In this document: in pieces, positions 48,978-61,605 of the stretch
Numbering within the stretch: position 1 is the stretch's first letter
Layout: every line of letters starts with the position of its first letter
From: Mobula hypostoma
Taxonomy: Eukaryota
Reading direction: 5' to 3'
DNA length: 64,000 nucleotides
NCBI RefSeq assembly: GCF_963921235.1
Contig: NC_086108.1
Span: 102,364,001-102,428,000 of the forward strand
Notes under the pieces: model-generated
Told to the model about the DNA's origin: nothing
Databases searched by the model: none
What the model saw: the letters and a program-made list of their open reading frames with translations, nothing else
Program-made: the position numbers and the translations under genes

Positions 48978-49741
48978 GCCTGATCCTGGATCCCTCTCAA
49001 AGCTATACATCTGCCCGTCCCACATCTCACACAACGAACACAACACAGCCCCTGGAGCCATCCTCACTGCACTACGTATGAACAAAGAATGAAGAATGAA
49101 AACATAGAAACATAGAAAATGAAGAAGAAACTTACAAGATATGCACCTTGCCCAAACATATTCTCACCAAAGCCTGATGAGCCAAAGTCTCCCCACTCTA
49201 ACACTCGCCCACTCATGCAATAGCTGCTCATCTCAGCCCTGCTTTATTTTCATTTGCCCTTGACAATGAATCGCAGTTTGATTGAGCCACCAGAAAATGC
49301 TGAAAGTCCATGAATGCTCCTTTTTAACTCTCTCTCACAGACCTGAGAATCACCTCCTCTCTTACATAAAACATAGAACATAGAATAATACAGCACAGCA
49401 CAAGCCCTTCGGCCCACAATGTTGTGCTGACCCTCAAATCCTGCCTCCCATATAAGCCCCGAACTGAAATTCCTCCATATACCTGTCTAGTAGTCTCTTA
49501 AACTTCACTAGTGTATCTGCCTCCACCACTGACTCAGGCAGTGCATTCCACACACCAACTACTCTCTGAGTAAAAAACCTTCCTCTAATATCCCCCTTGA
49601 ACTTCCCACCCCTTACCTTAAAGCCATGTCATTTATGACATATAGTTACATATACAACAGTATAATGTTACCGATGCTGTCATAAATAATGAATGTGAAC
49701 TGGGTGGTAGCAGGGAGATCAGATGTCTCACAGACTGGGAC

Positions 49742-50785
49742 AAGAACATAAGAACATAATAAATAGGAGCAGGAGTCGCCATCTGGCCCATCCAGCCTGC
49801 CCTGCCATTCAATAAGATCATGGCTGATCTGGCCATGGACTTATCTCCATCTACCTGCCTTTTCCCTATAACCCTTAATTCCCCTACTAAGCAAAAGTCT
49901 ATCCAACCTTGTCTTAAATATATTTACTAAGTTAGCCTCCACTGCTTCATTAGGCAGAGAATTCCACAGATTCAGGAAAAAAGCAGTTCCTCCTTATCTC
50001 CATCCTAAATCTACTCCACCAAATGTTGAGGCTATGTCCCCTAGTTCTGGTCTCACCTATCAGTGGAAACAACTTTCCTGTCTCAATCTTATCTATCCCT
50101 TTCATAATTTTATATGTTTCTATAGGATCTCCTTTCAATCTTCTGAATTCCAGCGAGTACAGTCCCTGGTGACTCAGTCTCTCCTCATAGTCTAACCCCT
50201 TCATCTCTGGTGTAGCACCCTGGGAACGGTTTCACTGCTGACGTAATGGTTTTTCTGTAGAAGCAGTGTTTGGGTTATGGTTAGAGATAATGGGTTTGGA
50301 ATGTGAGCCATTCAATGAGGGGAGTGTGTGCCTGACACCGAGGTGACCCGAGTCCTTTGTTCAGCAGGAGATGGAGAGAGAAGATGCCAGAAAGGAGAGG
50401 ACGTAGACACCAGAAAGGAGCGGACTTGGAATGGAGCCGGGAGTCGATGAAGCCCGGGAGAAATCGATGGAAAACCAGCAGAAGGGAAAGTGTGAGCTCC
50501 AACTTGTGCATGTTAGACTGTTTTATTAAAATAGGGTCTTTTCTTTGTTTTCTTTACTAACCCTGTAGTCGAATTAAGAATTATAAAGCTAAATTGTTTA
50601 ATTGCATATAGTGTACTATCTGTTATTCTGTGGTACTGATTTGTAACAGGGTAACAAATCACACAGCATACACACAAACGGGGTTTTGCACCTCATTTTC
50701 AGATGTTTGGCAGGGCTGGAGATTGTCCTCCCCAGACTTACACAGCCATCAGAACCTGAGGGTTACACTGGAACCAACCTGTAAA
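49742..50785 (-). mobile_element. CR1 3' fragment interrupted by a solo LTR
   Basis: (aagaacat)n tail; GLYSLEFRRLKGD. Confidence 0.85.
50211..50767 (+). mobile_element. Solo LTR
   Basis: TGTAGC...GTTACA with 4-bp TSD CTGG. Confidence 0.9.
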
Positions 50786-51619
50786 CCTCCCATACCAGAC
50801 AACCCGCCAAAACTCCCATACCAGATGACCCACCGAACCTCCCATACGAGACAGTCACACAGCTGGTCAGAACTCTCCTTATGGTGCTCCGGCAGAATGG
50901 GGACAGGGAGCCTCCCTCATCTCAATCCTCTCAGGAAGAGGAGGCGCTGCTGTGCTGTCTTGGTGGTGTTGAGAGACCAGCTGAGATCATCCATGATGTG
51001 CAGTCCCAGAAACTTGGTGCTCATGACTATCTGCACAGAGGAGCCTGCCCCACTCTGCTGGTGCCTTCAGGTGTCACCACACTCCTTAACAAAGAAAAGA
51101 AAACACAAACACATGAGCTGGAAGAACTCAGCTGGTCAGGCAGCATCTTGGGAAAGGGAAACCAGTTAACAGTTCAGGTCTTGGAATTTTAATCCTCCAA
51201 ACTGGGGAAGCATAGCGGGTTTACATTTTTGGAACGACACACAAAATGCTGGAGGAATTCAACAGGTCAGGCAGCATCTCAAGAGGGGAAAAAACAGTTG
51301 ACATTTTAGGCCAAGACCCTTTTTCAGGACTGGAAAGGAAGGGGGGGAGACACAAGAATAAAAAGTTGGAGGGAGGGGAAGGAGGGTAGCTAAAAGCTGA
51401 CAGGTGAAGCTAGGTGCGTGGAACAGGTAAAGGGTTGGAGAAGAAGGAATCTAACAGGAGAGGAGACTGGACCATAGAAGAGGTAAAAGCCAAAAGAGAG
51501 AAGAGAAAAAAGTACCTGTTAGAGAAATTGATATTTATGCCATCAAGTTGGAGGCTACCTAGTCAGAATATAAGGTGTTGCTGCATGACTGGGTGAGTTC
51601 CTCCAGCACTTCGGCTTCT

Positions 51620-52830
51620 GTTCAGTCACATGGTCTCTGTCTCCCTCTGCTGGTGACTCTCAGAATCACGGGTCATTCACATGGTATCTGTCTCCCTCTG
51701 CTGGTGATTCTCTGAATCACGGGTCAGTCACATGGTCTCTCTGAATCACGGGTCAGTCACATGGTCTCTGTCTCCCTCTGCTGGTGACTCTCAGCATCAC
51801 GGATCATTCACATGGTATCTGTCTCCCTCTGCTGGTGACTCTCTGAATCACGGGTCATTCACATGGTATCTGTCTCCCTCTGCTGGTGACTCTCTGAATC
51901 ACGGGTCAGTCACATGGTCTCTCTGAATCACGGGTCAGTCACATGGTCTCTGTCTCCCTCTGCTGGTGATGCTCAGAATCATGGGTCAGTCACATGGTCT
52001 CTATCTCCCTCTGCTGGTGACTCTCAGCATCACGGATCATTCACATGGTATCTGTCTCCCTCTGCTGGTGACTCTCTGAATCACGGGTCAGTCACATGGT
52101 CTCTCTGAATCACGGGTCAGTCATGGTCTCTGTCTCCCTCTGCTGGTGATGCTCAGAATCATGGGTCAGTCACATGGTCTCTATCTCCCTCTGCTGGTGA
52201 CTCTCAGCATCACGGATCATTCACATGGTATCTGTCTCCCTCTGCTGGTGACTCTCTGAATCACGGGTCATTCACATGGTATCTGTCTCCCTCTGCTGGT
52301 GACTCTCTGAATCACGGGTCAGTCACATGGTCTCTGTCTCCCTCTGCTGGTGATGCTCAGAATCATGGGTCAGTCACATGGTCTCTATCTCCCTCTGCTG
52401 GTGATCTCAGCATCACGGATCATTCACATGGTATCTGTCTCCCTCTGCTGGTGACTCTCTGAATCACGGGTCAGTCACATGGTCTCTCTGAATCACGGGT
52501 CAGTCATGGTCTCTGTCTCCTTCTGCTGGTGATGCTCAGAATCATGGGTCAGTCACATGGTATCTGTCTCCCTCTGCTGGTGACTCTCTGAATCACGGGT
52601 CAGTCACATGGTCTCTCTGAATCAAGGGTCAGTCATGGTCTCTGTCTCCCTCTGCTGGTGACTCTCAGAATCACGGGTCATTCACATGGTATCTGTCTCC
52701 CTCTGCTGGTGACTCTCTGAATCACAGGTCAGTCACATGGTCTCTGTCTCCCTCTGCTGGTGACTCTCTGAATCACGGGTCAGTCACATGGTATCTGTCT
52801 CCCTCTGCCAATTTCTCTCTTAATCACAGG
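51620..52830. repeat. 51-bp satellite with 27-29-bp deletion variants (about 180-bp higher-order period)
   Basis: Unit catggtatctgtctccctctgctggtgactctctgaatcacgggtcagtca, about 20 full copies. Confidence 0.96.
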
Positions 52831-52855
52831 TCAAAATCAAAATCAGTATCAGGTT

Positions 52856-55290
52856 TATTGAACTTCTCTTTTGGCTCTTCTCACTTTCTTCAGACTAAGG
52901 GTGTAGCTCTGGGCACCTGCATGGGCCCCAGCTATGCCTGCCTCTTCGTTGGTTATGTGGAACAGTCTGTGCTCCAAACCTATTCTGGTACTGCTCCCCA
53001 ACTTTTCCTTCACTACATTGACGACTACATTGGTGCTGCTTCCTGCACCCATGCTGAGCTCGTCAATTTCATCCACTTTACTTCAAACTTCCACCCAGTC
53101 CTCAAATTCACTTGGTCTATTTCGAACACTTCTCTCCCTTTCTCGATCTCTCGGTCTCCATCTCTGGAGACAGACTGTCCACTGATATCTTCTACAAGCC
53201 CACTGACTCTCATAACTACCTCGACTATACCTCTTCCCAACCCGCCAAATGCAAAAATGCCATTCCCTATTCCCAGTTCTCCCGTCTCCACCACACCTGC
53301 TCCCGGGATGAGGCTTTACGTTCCAGGGCATCTCAAATGTCCTTTTTCTTTAAGGATCATGGTTTCCCTTCTGTCGTCATCAATGATGCCCTCACCTGCA
53401 TCTCCTCCTTTTCCTGCACTTTGGCCCTCACCCCATCTCCCACCACCACAACAGGGACAGAGTTCCTCTTGTCCTCACCTACCACCCCACCAGCCTCCGG
53501 ATCCAGCACATTATCCTCCTCATGGATATCTTGTGACTGCCTTATGAGGATGATGTAAGGGTCTTTTGGACGTCACATGACGTGATTTTCCCGATGTGAG
53601 GTCACGTGATGACATGTTCTCAACAGGTATATAAAAGGGAGACCCCCGGTGATGCAGTTGGTTTTCCAGTTAGAACATTAGCCATAGACTCCGCTCCGTT
53701 GCGTATTTGCCTTATGACACAGTTTCGATTTAAAACAGAGTTTTACATTCTGTTGTAAGGTACAGAAGTGCTGGACTGGCAGTTTAATCAATCACTGCCA
53801 GGTTTGTTGCTGTATCTTTTCAGTAGTATTGGAGAGTGAAGACAGGAACCTAAAAGAGTCGTTCGACGGTTGAAAAGGATTGATCATTATTGAATTTGTT
53901 CAAGAAAGAGTGATCTGCATGAGATAGCCTCTGCTAAAAGTAGCAGAAAGGGCTGTGCAGGATCTAGGATACAGAGGGAAAAGGTCAGTGCCTTTAAACT
54001 GTTTAATTTCCGTCGTCGTGAATCCTGCAGACAAGGCAGGATCCGGCTGGGACAGGCAGTGACGTCGTGTCTTCAAGGAATTCTTTACTTCAGGAAAGTC
54101 TCTCCTAATTAACTGTATAAATCTCTTAGACTTGCGAATTTACCATTCTAAGAACTGTGTTGGAATTTACCGCTTTAAGAACTGTTTTTGCATTTATCGC
54201 TTTAAGAACTAGTACTGAGTGGCGGTTTGTTAAATGGCCACACAGCAGTTTACTTCTGGTTAAGATTTTTTTTGTTTATTTCTTTTATATTGAGCAGAGT
54301 TTAATAAATGTTTGATTGTTTTTATAAAACCTGACTCAATTCAGTTCTATATTCATTGTTGCAGGTCACGTGACACTCCACAACTTCCGCCACGTTCAAC
54401 AGGACCCCACCACTAAGCACATCTTTCCCTCTCCTTCCCTCTCCGCTTTCTGCAAGGATCGGTCCCTCCACGATTCCCTGGTCTACACGTCCCTCCCCAC
54501 GGATCTCCCACCCGGCACTCATCCCTATAAGCGTAAGTGCTACACCTGTCCCTACACCTCATCTCTTGCCACCATTCAGGGCCCCAAACAGTCCTTCCAA
54601 GTGAGGCAACACTTCACTTGTGAGTCTGTTGGGGTCATCTATTGCATCCGGTGCTCCCAGTGCGGCCTCCTCTACATCAGTGAAACCCGACGCAGATTGG
54701 GGGACCGCTTCGTCAAGCACCTCCACTCCATCCGTCACAACAGACAGGATCTCCCAGCAGCCACCCACTTCAACTCTGCTTCACATTCCCATTCGGATAT
54801 GTCCATACATGGCCTCCTCTACTGCCATGATGAGGCTAAACTCAGGTTGGAGGAGCAACACCTCATATACTGTCTAGGTAGTCTCCAGCCCCTTGGTATG
54901 AACATTTAATTCTCCAACTTCTGGTAATTCCCTCCCCCTCCCTTCCCCTATCCGTATGTCACTCTACCCCCTCCCCCAGCTGCCTATCACCTCCCTCATG
55001 GTTCCACCTCCTTCTACTACCCATTGTGTTTTCCCCTATTCCTTCTTCACCTTTCCTGCCTATCACCTCCCTGCCTCCCCTCCCCACCCCTTTATCTTTC
55101 CCCTTACTGGTTTTTCACCTGGAACCTCCCAGCCTTCTCCTTCCCACCCTCCCGCCACCTTCTTTATAGGGCCTCTGCCCCTTCCCCCTACAGTCCTGAC
55201 GAAGGGTTCCGGCCTTAAACGTCGACTGATCGTTTCCACGGATGCTGCCCGACCTGCTGAGTTCCTCCAGCGTGTTGTGAGTGTTGCTCA
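52856..55290 (+). mobile_element. Penelope (Neptune) element: RT C-terminus, GIY-YIG, pLTR; interrupted by a solo LTR
   Basis: QTKGVALGTCMGPSYACLF, YIDD, FYKPTDSHNYL, VIYCIRCSQCGLLYISET; hammerhead relic at about 55191-55228. Confidence 0.93.
53520..54375 (+). mobile_element. Solo LTR (Gypsy-like)
   Basis: CTCC TSD (53516-53519 and 54376-54379), ends cgtgaca, TATATAAAA at about 53628, AATAAA at 54303; the 5' TG appears lost. Confidence 0.85.
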
Positions 55291-55489
55291 GGTTTATTAT
55301 CATTGGCACGGGTTGTGAAATTTGTAAACTTAGCAGCAGCAGTTCAATGCAATACATAATATAGAAGAATAAAACAAACTAAATAATAATAATAGTAAAT
55401 AAGTTAGTAAAGCAATTACAATATATGTATATTGAATAGATTAAAAATCATGCAAAAAACAATATATATTAAAAAAGTGAGGTAGTGTC

Positions 55490-56480
55490 CATTTAGGAAT
55501 TGGATGACAGAGGGGAAGAAGCTGTTCCTGAATCACTGAGTGTGTGCCTTCAGGCTTCTGTACCTCCTACCTGATGGTAACAGTGAGAAAAGGGCATGTC
55601 CTGGGTGCTGGAGGTCCTTAATAATGGACGCTGCCTTTCTGAGACACGGTTCCCTAAAGATGTCCTGAGTACTTTGTAGGCTAGTGCCCAAGATGGAGCT
55701 GACTAGATTTTCAACCTTCTGCAGCTTCTTTCGGTCCTGTGCAGTAGCCCCTCCATACCAGACAGTGATGCAGCCTGTCAGAATGCTCTGCACCGTACAT
55801 CTATAGAAGTTTTTGAGTGAATTTGATGACATGCCAAATCTCTTCAAACTCCTAATAAAGGATAGTCACTGTCTTGCCTTCTTTATAACTGCATCAATAT
55901 GTTGGGACCAGGTTCAATCCTCAGAGATCTTGACACCCAGGAACTTTAAACTGCTCACTCTCTCCACTTCTGATCCCTCTATGAGAATTGATATGTGTTC
56001 CTTCATGTGTTCACATCCTCTCCATGAACTGTTTGTTCTTCTGCCATCAGGCAAACGTTACAGGAGCATCAAAACTAAAACCACAAGGCTACTGAACAGC
56101 TTCCTCCCACAGGCAGTCAGACTGCTAAATAGCTGCTCTACCTGACTCTGCTTTGGACACTTTTAACTTGCACTGGACACTTATAACTTGATTTTAACTG
56201 ACATGTGGCTGTTGTGTTTTACTATTTATTGTTATGTTTATTATTTAGTGTTGCGTTTGTTATGTTATGATTGCACTGCTCCTGGGAAACACTGTCTCAT
56301 TCTGCCCTGCAGAGCTGATGTATGGTTAGAATGACAATAAAGTTTTTTGAATCTTTGGATCTTTGAATCTTACCCTTCCTTAAGTCCACAATTAGCTTTC
56401 ATCTTACTGACGTTGAGTGCCAGGTTCTTGCTACGACACCACTCCACTAGTTGGCATAGCTCGCTCCCGTACGTCCTCTC
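55490..56480 (-). mobile_element. Rex1/Babar-like LINE fragment with a nested plus-strand 3' fragment (about 56005-56360)
   Basis: FYRCTVQSILTGCITVWYG...LLPSGRRYRS; second LPSGKRYRS on the plus strand. Confidence 0.85.
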
Positions 56481-56765
56481 TCCCTCTGCTCTCTGTATCA
56501 CCAGTCTGCCTCATGCTATCTGTCTCCCTCTGGTGGTGTCTCTCTGAATCACCAGTCAGTCACATGCTATCTATCTCCCTCTGGTGGTGGCACTCTGAAT
56601 CACCAGTGAGTCACATGGTATCTGTCTCCCTCTGGTGGTGTCTCTCTGAATCACCAGTCAGTCACATGCTATCTATCTCCCTCTGGTGGTGGCACTCTGA
56701 ATCACCAGTGAGTCACATGGTATCTGTCTCCCTCTGGTGGTGTCTCTCTGAATCACCATAACATG
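56478..56765. repeat. Second 51-bp satellite array (102-bp dimer), related to 51620-52830
   Basis: Unit atctgtctccctctggtggtgtctctctgaatcaccagtcagtcacatgct, about 5-6 copies. Confidence 0.92.
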
Positions 56766-56907
56766 GTACTGTATCTGCAAACATGAGAAAATCTGCAGAT
56801 GCTGGAAATTCAAGCAAAACACATAAAAATGCTGATGAACACAGCAGGCCAGGCAGCATCTATAGGAAGAGGCACAGTCGACTTTTCGGGCCAAGACCCT
56901 TCATCAG

Positions 56908-59120
56908 TATTACAGTTGAACAAAGGGAACTATGGACACATGAGGGAGGAGCTGGCAAACGTTGACTGGAAAGATACCCTAGCAGGGATGACAGTGGAAC
57001 GACAATGGCAGATATTTCTGGGAATAATACAGAAGGTGCAAGATCAGTTCATTCCAAAGAGGAAGAAAGGTTCTAAGGGGAGTAAGGGGCAACCGTGGAT
57101 GACAAGGGAAGTCAAAGACAGTATAAAAATAAAAGAGAGAAAGTATAACATAGCAAGGATGAGTGGGAAGCCAGAGGATTGGGAGACTTTTAAGGAGCGA
57201 CAGAAGATAACTAAAAAGGCAATATGGGAGAAAAAGATGAGGTACGAAGGTAAGCTAGCCAAAAATATAAAGGAGGATAGTAAAAGCTTCTTTAGGTATG
57301 TGAAGAGGAAAAAATTAGTTAAGACCAAAGTTGGGCCCTTGAAGACAGAAAAGGGTGAAATTATGGGGAACAAGGAAATAGCAGACGAGCTGAACAGGTA
57401 CTTTGGATCTGTCTTCACTAGGGAAGACACAAACAATCTCCCAGATGTAATAGTGGCCAGAGGGCCTAGGGTAACAGAGGAACTGAAGGAAATTCACATT
57501 AGGCACAAAATGGTGTTGGGTAAACTGATGGGACTGAAGGTTGATAAATCCCCAGGGCCTGATGGTCTGCATCCCAGGGTACTTAAGGAGGTGGCTCTAG
57601 AAATCATGGACGCATTGGTAATCATTTTCCAATGTTCTATAGATTCAGGATCACTTCCTGCAGATTGGAGGGTAGCTAATGTTATCCCACTTTTTAAGAA
57701 AGGAGGGAGTGAGAAAACAGGCAATTATAGACCAGTTAGTCTGACATCAGTGGTGGGGAAGATGCTGGAATCAATTATAAAAGATGTAATAGCAGCATAT
57801 TTGGATTGCAGTGGCAGGATAGGTCTGAGTCAGCATGCATTTACGAAGGGGAAATCATGCTTGACTAATCTTCTGGAATTTTTTGAGGATGTAACTATGA
57901 AAATGGACATGGGAAAGCCAGTGGATGTAGTGTACCTGGACTTTCAGAAAGCCTTTGATACGGTCCCACATAGGAGGTTAGTGTGCAAAATTTGAGCAAA
58001 TGGTATTGGGGGTAGGGTACTGACATGGACAGAAAATTGGTTGTCAGACAGGAAACAAAGAGTAGGGATTAATGGGTCCCTTTCAGAATGGCAGGTGGTG
58101 ACTAGTGGGGTACCGCAAGGCTCGGTGCTGGGACCGCAGCTATTTACAATATACATTAATGATTCAGATGAAGGGATTAAAAATAACATTAGCAAATTTG
58201 CAGATGACACAAAGCTGGGTGGCAGTGTGAAATGTGAGGAGGATGTTGTGAGAATACAGGATGACTTGGACAGATTGGGTGAGTGGGCAGATGCATGGCA
58301 GGTGCAGTTTAATGTGGATAAATGTGAGGTTATCCACTTTGGTGGCAAGAACAGGAAGGCAGATTACTATCTGAATGGTGTCAAGTTAGGAAAAGGGGAA
58401 GTACAATGCGATCTAGGTGTCCTTGTTCATCAGTCACTGAAAGCAAGCATGCAAGTACAGCAGGCAGTGAAGAAAGCTAATGGCATGCTGGCCTTCATAA
58501 CAAGGGGAATTGAGTGTAGGAGAAAAGAGGTCCTTCTGCAGTTGTACAGGGCCCTGGTGAGACCACACCTGGAGTACTGTGTACAGTTTCGGTCTCCAAA
58601 TTTGAGGAAGGACATTCTAGCTATTGAGGGAGTGCAGCGTAGGTTCACAAGGTTAATTCCCAGGATGGTGGGACTGTCATATGTTGAAAGATTGGAGCGA
58701 CTGGAGTTGTATACACTGGAATTTAGAAGGATGAGAGGGGATCCGATTGAAACATATAAGATTACTAAGGGATTGGACACGCTAGAGGGAGGAAACATGT
58801 TCCTGATGTTGGGGGAGTCCAGAACCAGAGGCCACAGTTTAAGAATAAGGGGTAGACAATTTAGAACGGAGTTGAGGAAAAACTCTTTCACACAGAGGGT
58901 TGTGGATCTGTGGAATGCTCTGCCTCAGAAGGCAGTGGAGGCCAATTCTCTGGATTCTTTCAAGAAAGAGTTAGATAGAGCTCTTAAAGATATCAGAGTG
59001 AAGGGATATGGGGAGGAGGCAGGAACGGGGTTCTGATTGTGGATGATCAGCCATGATCACAGTGAATGGTGGTGCTGGCTCGATGGGCTGAATGGCCTAC
59101 TCCTGCACCTATTGTCTATT
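56908..59120 (+). mobile_element. CR1 LINE, 5'-truncated, ORF2 with a single stop; inserted in a Penelope pLTR
   Basis: Two long ORFs (398 and 331 aa) in the same frame with CR1 RT motifs; (ctattgt)n tail. Confidence 0.94.
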
Positions 59121-60190
59121 GTCAGGACTAATTGAAAGAAGAGTTAGTAAGAGATTTGAAAGAGGGAGGGGGAGGGGGAGATCCGAAATGATAGGAGAAG
59201 ACAGGAGGGGGAGGGATGAAGCTAAGAGCTGGATAGTAGATTGGCTAAAGGGAAACAAAGCTGGAGACACGGGAGAAAGAAAGGGGGAGGGGAGCACCAG
59301 AGGAAGATGGAGAGCAGGCAAGGAGTGATTGTGAGAGGGAAAGAGAGAGAAAAAAAGGAGAGGAAATAATAAATGAATAAATAAATAAAATAGGGGATGG
59401 GGTACGAGGGGGAGGTGGGGCATTAGTGGAAGTTTGAGAAGTCAATGTTCATGCCATCAGGTTGGAGGCTACCCAGACAGAATATAAGGTGTTGTTCCTC
59501 CAACCTGAGTGAGGCTTCATCTTTACAGTAGAGGAGGCTGTGGATAGACATATCAGAATGGGAATGGGATGTGGAATTAAAATGTGTGGCCACTGAGAGA
59601 TCCTGCTTTCTCTGGCGGACAGAGCGTAGGTGTTCAGCGAAATGGTCTCCCAGTCTGTATCGGGTCTTGCCAATGTATAGAAGGCCGCACCGGGAGCACC
59701 GGACGCAGTATATCACCCCAGCCAACTCACAGGTGAAGTATCGCCTCACCTGGAAGGACTGTCTGGGGCCCTGAATGGTGGTGAGGAAGGAAGTGTAAGG
59801 GCATGTGTAGCACTTGTTCTGCTTACGAGGATAAGTGCCGGGAGGGAGATTAGTGGGAAGGGTTGGGGGTGACAAATGGACAAGGAAGTCATGTAGGGAG
59901 CAATCCCTGCGGAAAGCGGGGGGGGGGCGGAGGGAAAGATGTGTTTAGTGGTGGGATCCCATTGGAGGTGGCGTAAGTTACAGAGAATAATATGTTGGAC
60001 CCGGAGGCTGGTGGGGTGGTAGGTGAGGACAAGGGGAACCCTATTCCTAGTGGGGTGGCGGGAGGATGGGGTGAGAGCAGATGTGTGTGAAATGGGAGAG
60101 ATGTGTTTGAGGGCAGAGTTGATGGTGGAAGAAGGGAAGCCCCTTTCTTTAAAAAAGGAGGACATCTCCTTCGTCCTGGAATGAAAAGCA
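59121..60190 (-). mobile_element. Penelope (Neptune) GIY-YIG plus pLTR; terminal piece at about 56780-56907
   Basis: VIYCVRCSRCGLLYIGKT...LEEQHLIFCLGSLQPDGMN. Confidence 0.92.
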
Positions 60191-60224
60191 TCCAGAGCAG
60201 GTTCCATCCAGGCTCAACAAGAAG

Positions 60225-60830
60225 CAGCTGGATCCTGGACTTCCTGTCAGATCACAAGCAGGTTGTAAGAGTGGGCTCCCTCACCTCCAACCCTCTGACT
60301 CTCAATACAGGAGCCCGTCAGGGCTGCATATTGAGTCCCCTCCTTTACTCCCTGTATACCCATGACTGTATTGCCACCCACAACTCCAATCTGCTAATTA
60401 AATTTGCCGATGACACTACATTGATTGGCCTTATCTCAAACAATAATGAGGTGGCCTACAGGGAAGAAGTCATCTCTCTGACACAGTGGTGTCAAGAAAA
60501 CAACCTCTCCCTCAATGTTGCAAAGACAAAGGAGCAGGTTGTGAACTACAGGAGGAATGGAGATGGGCTAACCCCTATTGACATCAATGGATCTGGGGTT
60601 GAGAGGGTGAACAGCTTTAAATTCCTTGGCATACACATCAATGAGGACCTCACGTGGTCTGTACACCAGCTGTGTGGTGAAAAAGGCACAACAGAACCTC
60701 TTTCACCTCAGACGTTTGAAGAAGTTTGGTATGGGTCCCCAAATCCTAAGAACTTTCTACAGGGGCACGATTGAGAGCATCCTGCCTGGCTGTATCCCTG
60801 CCTGGTATGGGAACTGTACTTTCCTCAAGG
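60225..60830 (+). mobile_element. Rex1/Babar-like RT fragment
   Basis: WILDFL...QGCILSPLLYSLYTHDC...KFADDTT...KTKE...FKFLG. Confidence 0.9.
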
Positions 60831-60983
60831 TGGGAGGTTGTTCCCGTGATAGGGCTGGATGAGTCTATAACCCTCCCTCTGCAGCCTCTTGTGATCCGAT
60901 GAACTGAAGCCTCCATTCCGAGATGTGAGACAACCAATATTGAATTGAATTGAATTGACTTTATTACTTACATCCTTCATATA

Positions 60984-61581
60984 TGTAGGCTTCTCAGTAA
61001 TACTCATTGTAATGTTAATTGTTAAGGTTGACAAAATGGTTTCTCTGTACTGTTAACTGCTGAGTAAGGGGTTCTCTGTAGCAGCGTGTTTGGGTTATAA
61101 TTAGTGATAACGGGACTTAGCCCTGTTATTATAGAAGTCCTGTTACTCTATCTGTATGTGCAGGAACCGGAGGAGAAGCGCGGGCTTTTGGTGGAGGAGA
61201 AGAAAAGAGATCGGAAGTGAGTCGAGCGCTCTGGTAGATCACCGGGAGAGATTCCAGCTGAGGGTCAACCGAGTTCAGAGGAGATCGATGGAAGGAACGG
61301 ATACCGAATTTCGTGAGCTCAAATGAATTATCTGTGCACAGAACTGATAAATTTACTGATTTGGCACCTTTATTTTATTTGTTTCTACTAACCCATCACC
61401 GAGAAATAATTATAAAGCGTAATCATTTACTTGCCTATTGTGTACCATCTGATATTTTATGTCATGGGCTTGTACCAGGGTGCAATCACACAGTATCCAC
61501 ACCAATGCAATTACGGAGTTGGCAGGGTCAATGCCAGTTTACCCTCGACGAACTGGAGTCAAATGGGGCATAGTCGCTACA
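60984..61581 (+). mobile_element. Solo LTR related to 50211-50767
   Basis: TGTAG...CTACA, TSD TATA; shares ctgtag.agc.gtgtttgggttat and gtgagctc blocks. Confidence 0.88.
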
Positions 61582-61605
61582 TATACATGAGGAGAAAAAT
61601 CTTTA

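Noticed and set aside
51732..52108. ORFs of 17-aa repeats (SLNHGSVTWSLSPSAGD)
   Set aside because: By-product of the satellite; the deletion variants shift frame and there are no splice signals.
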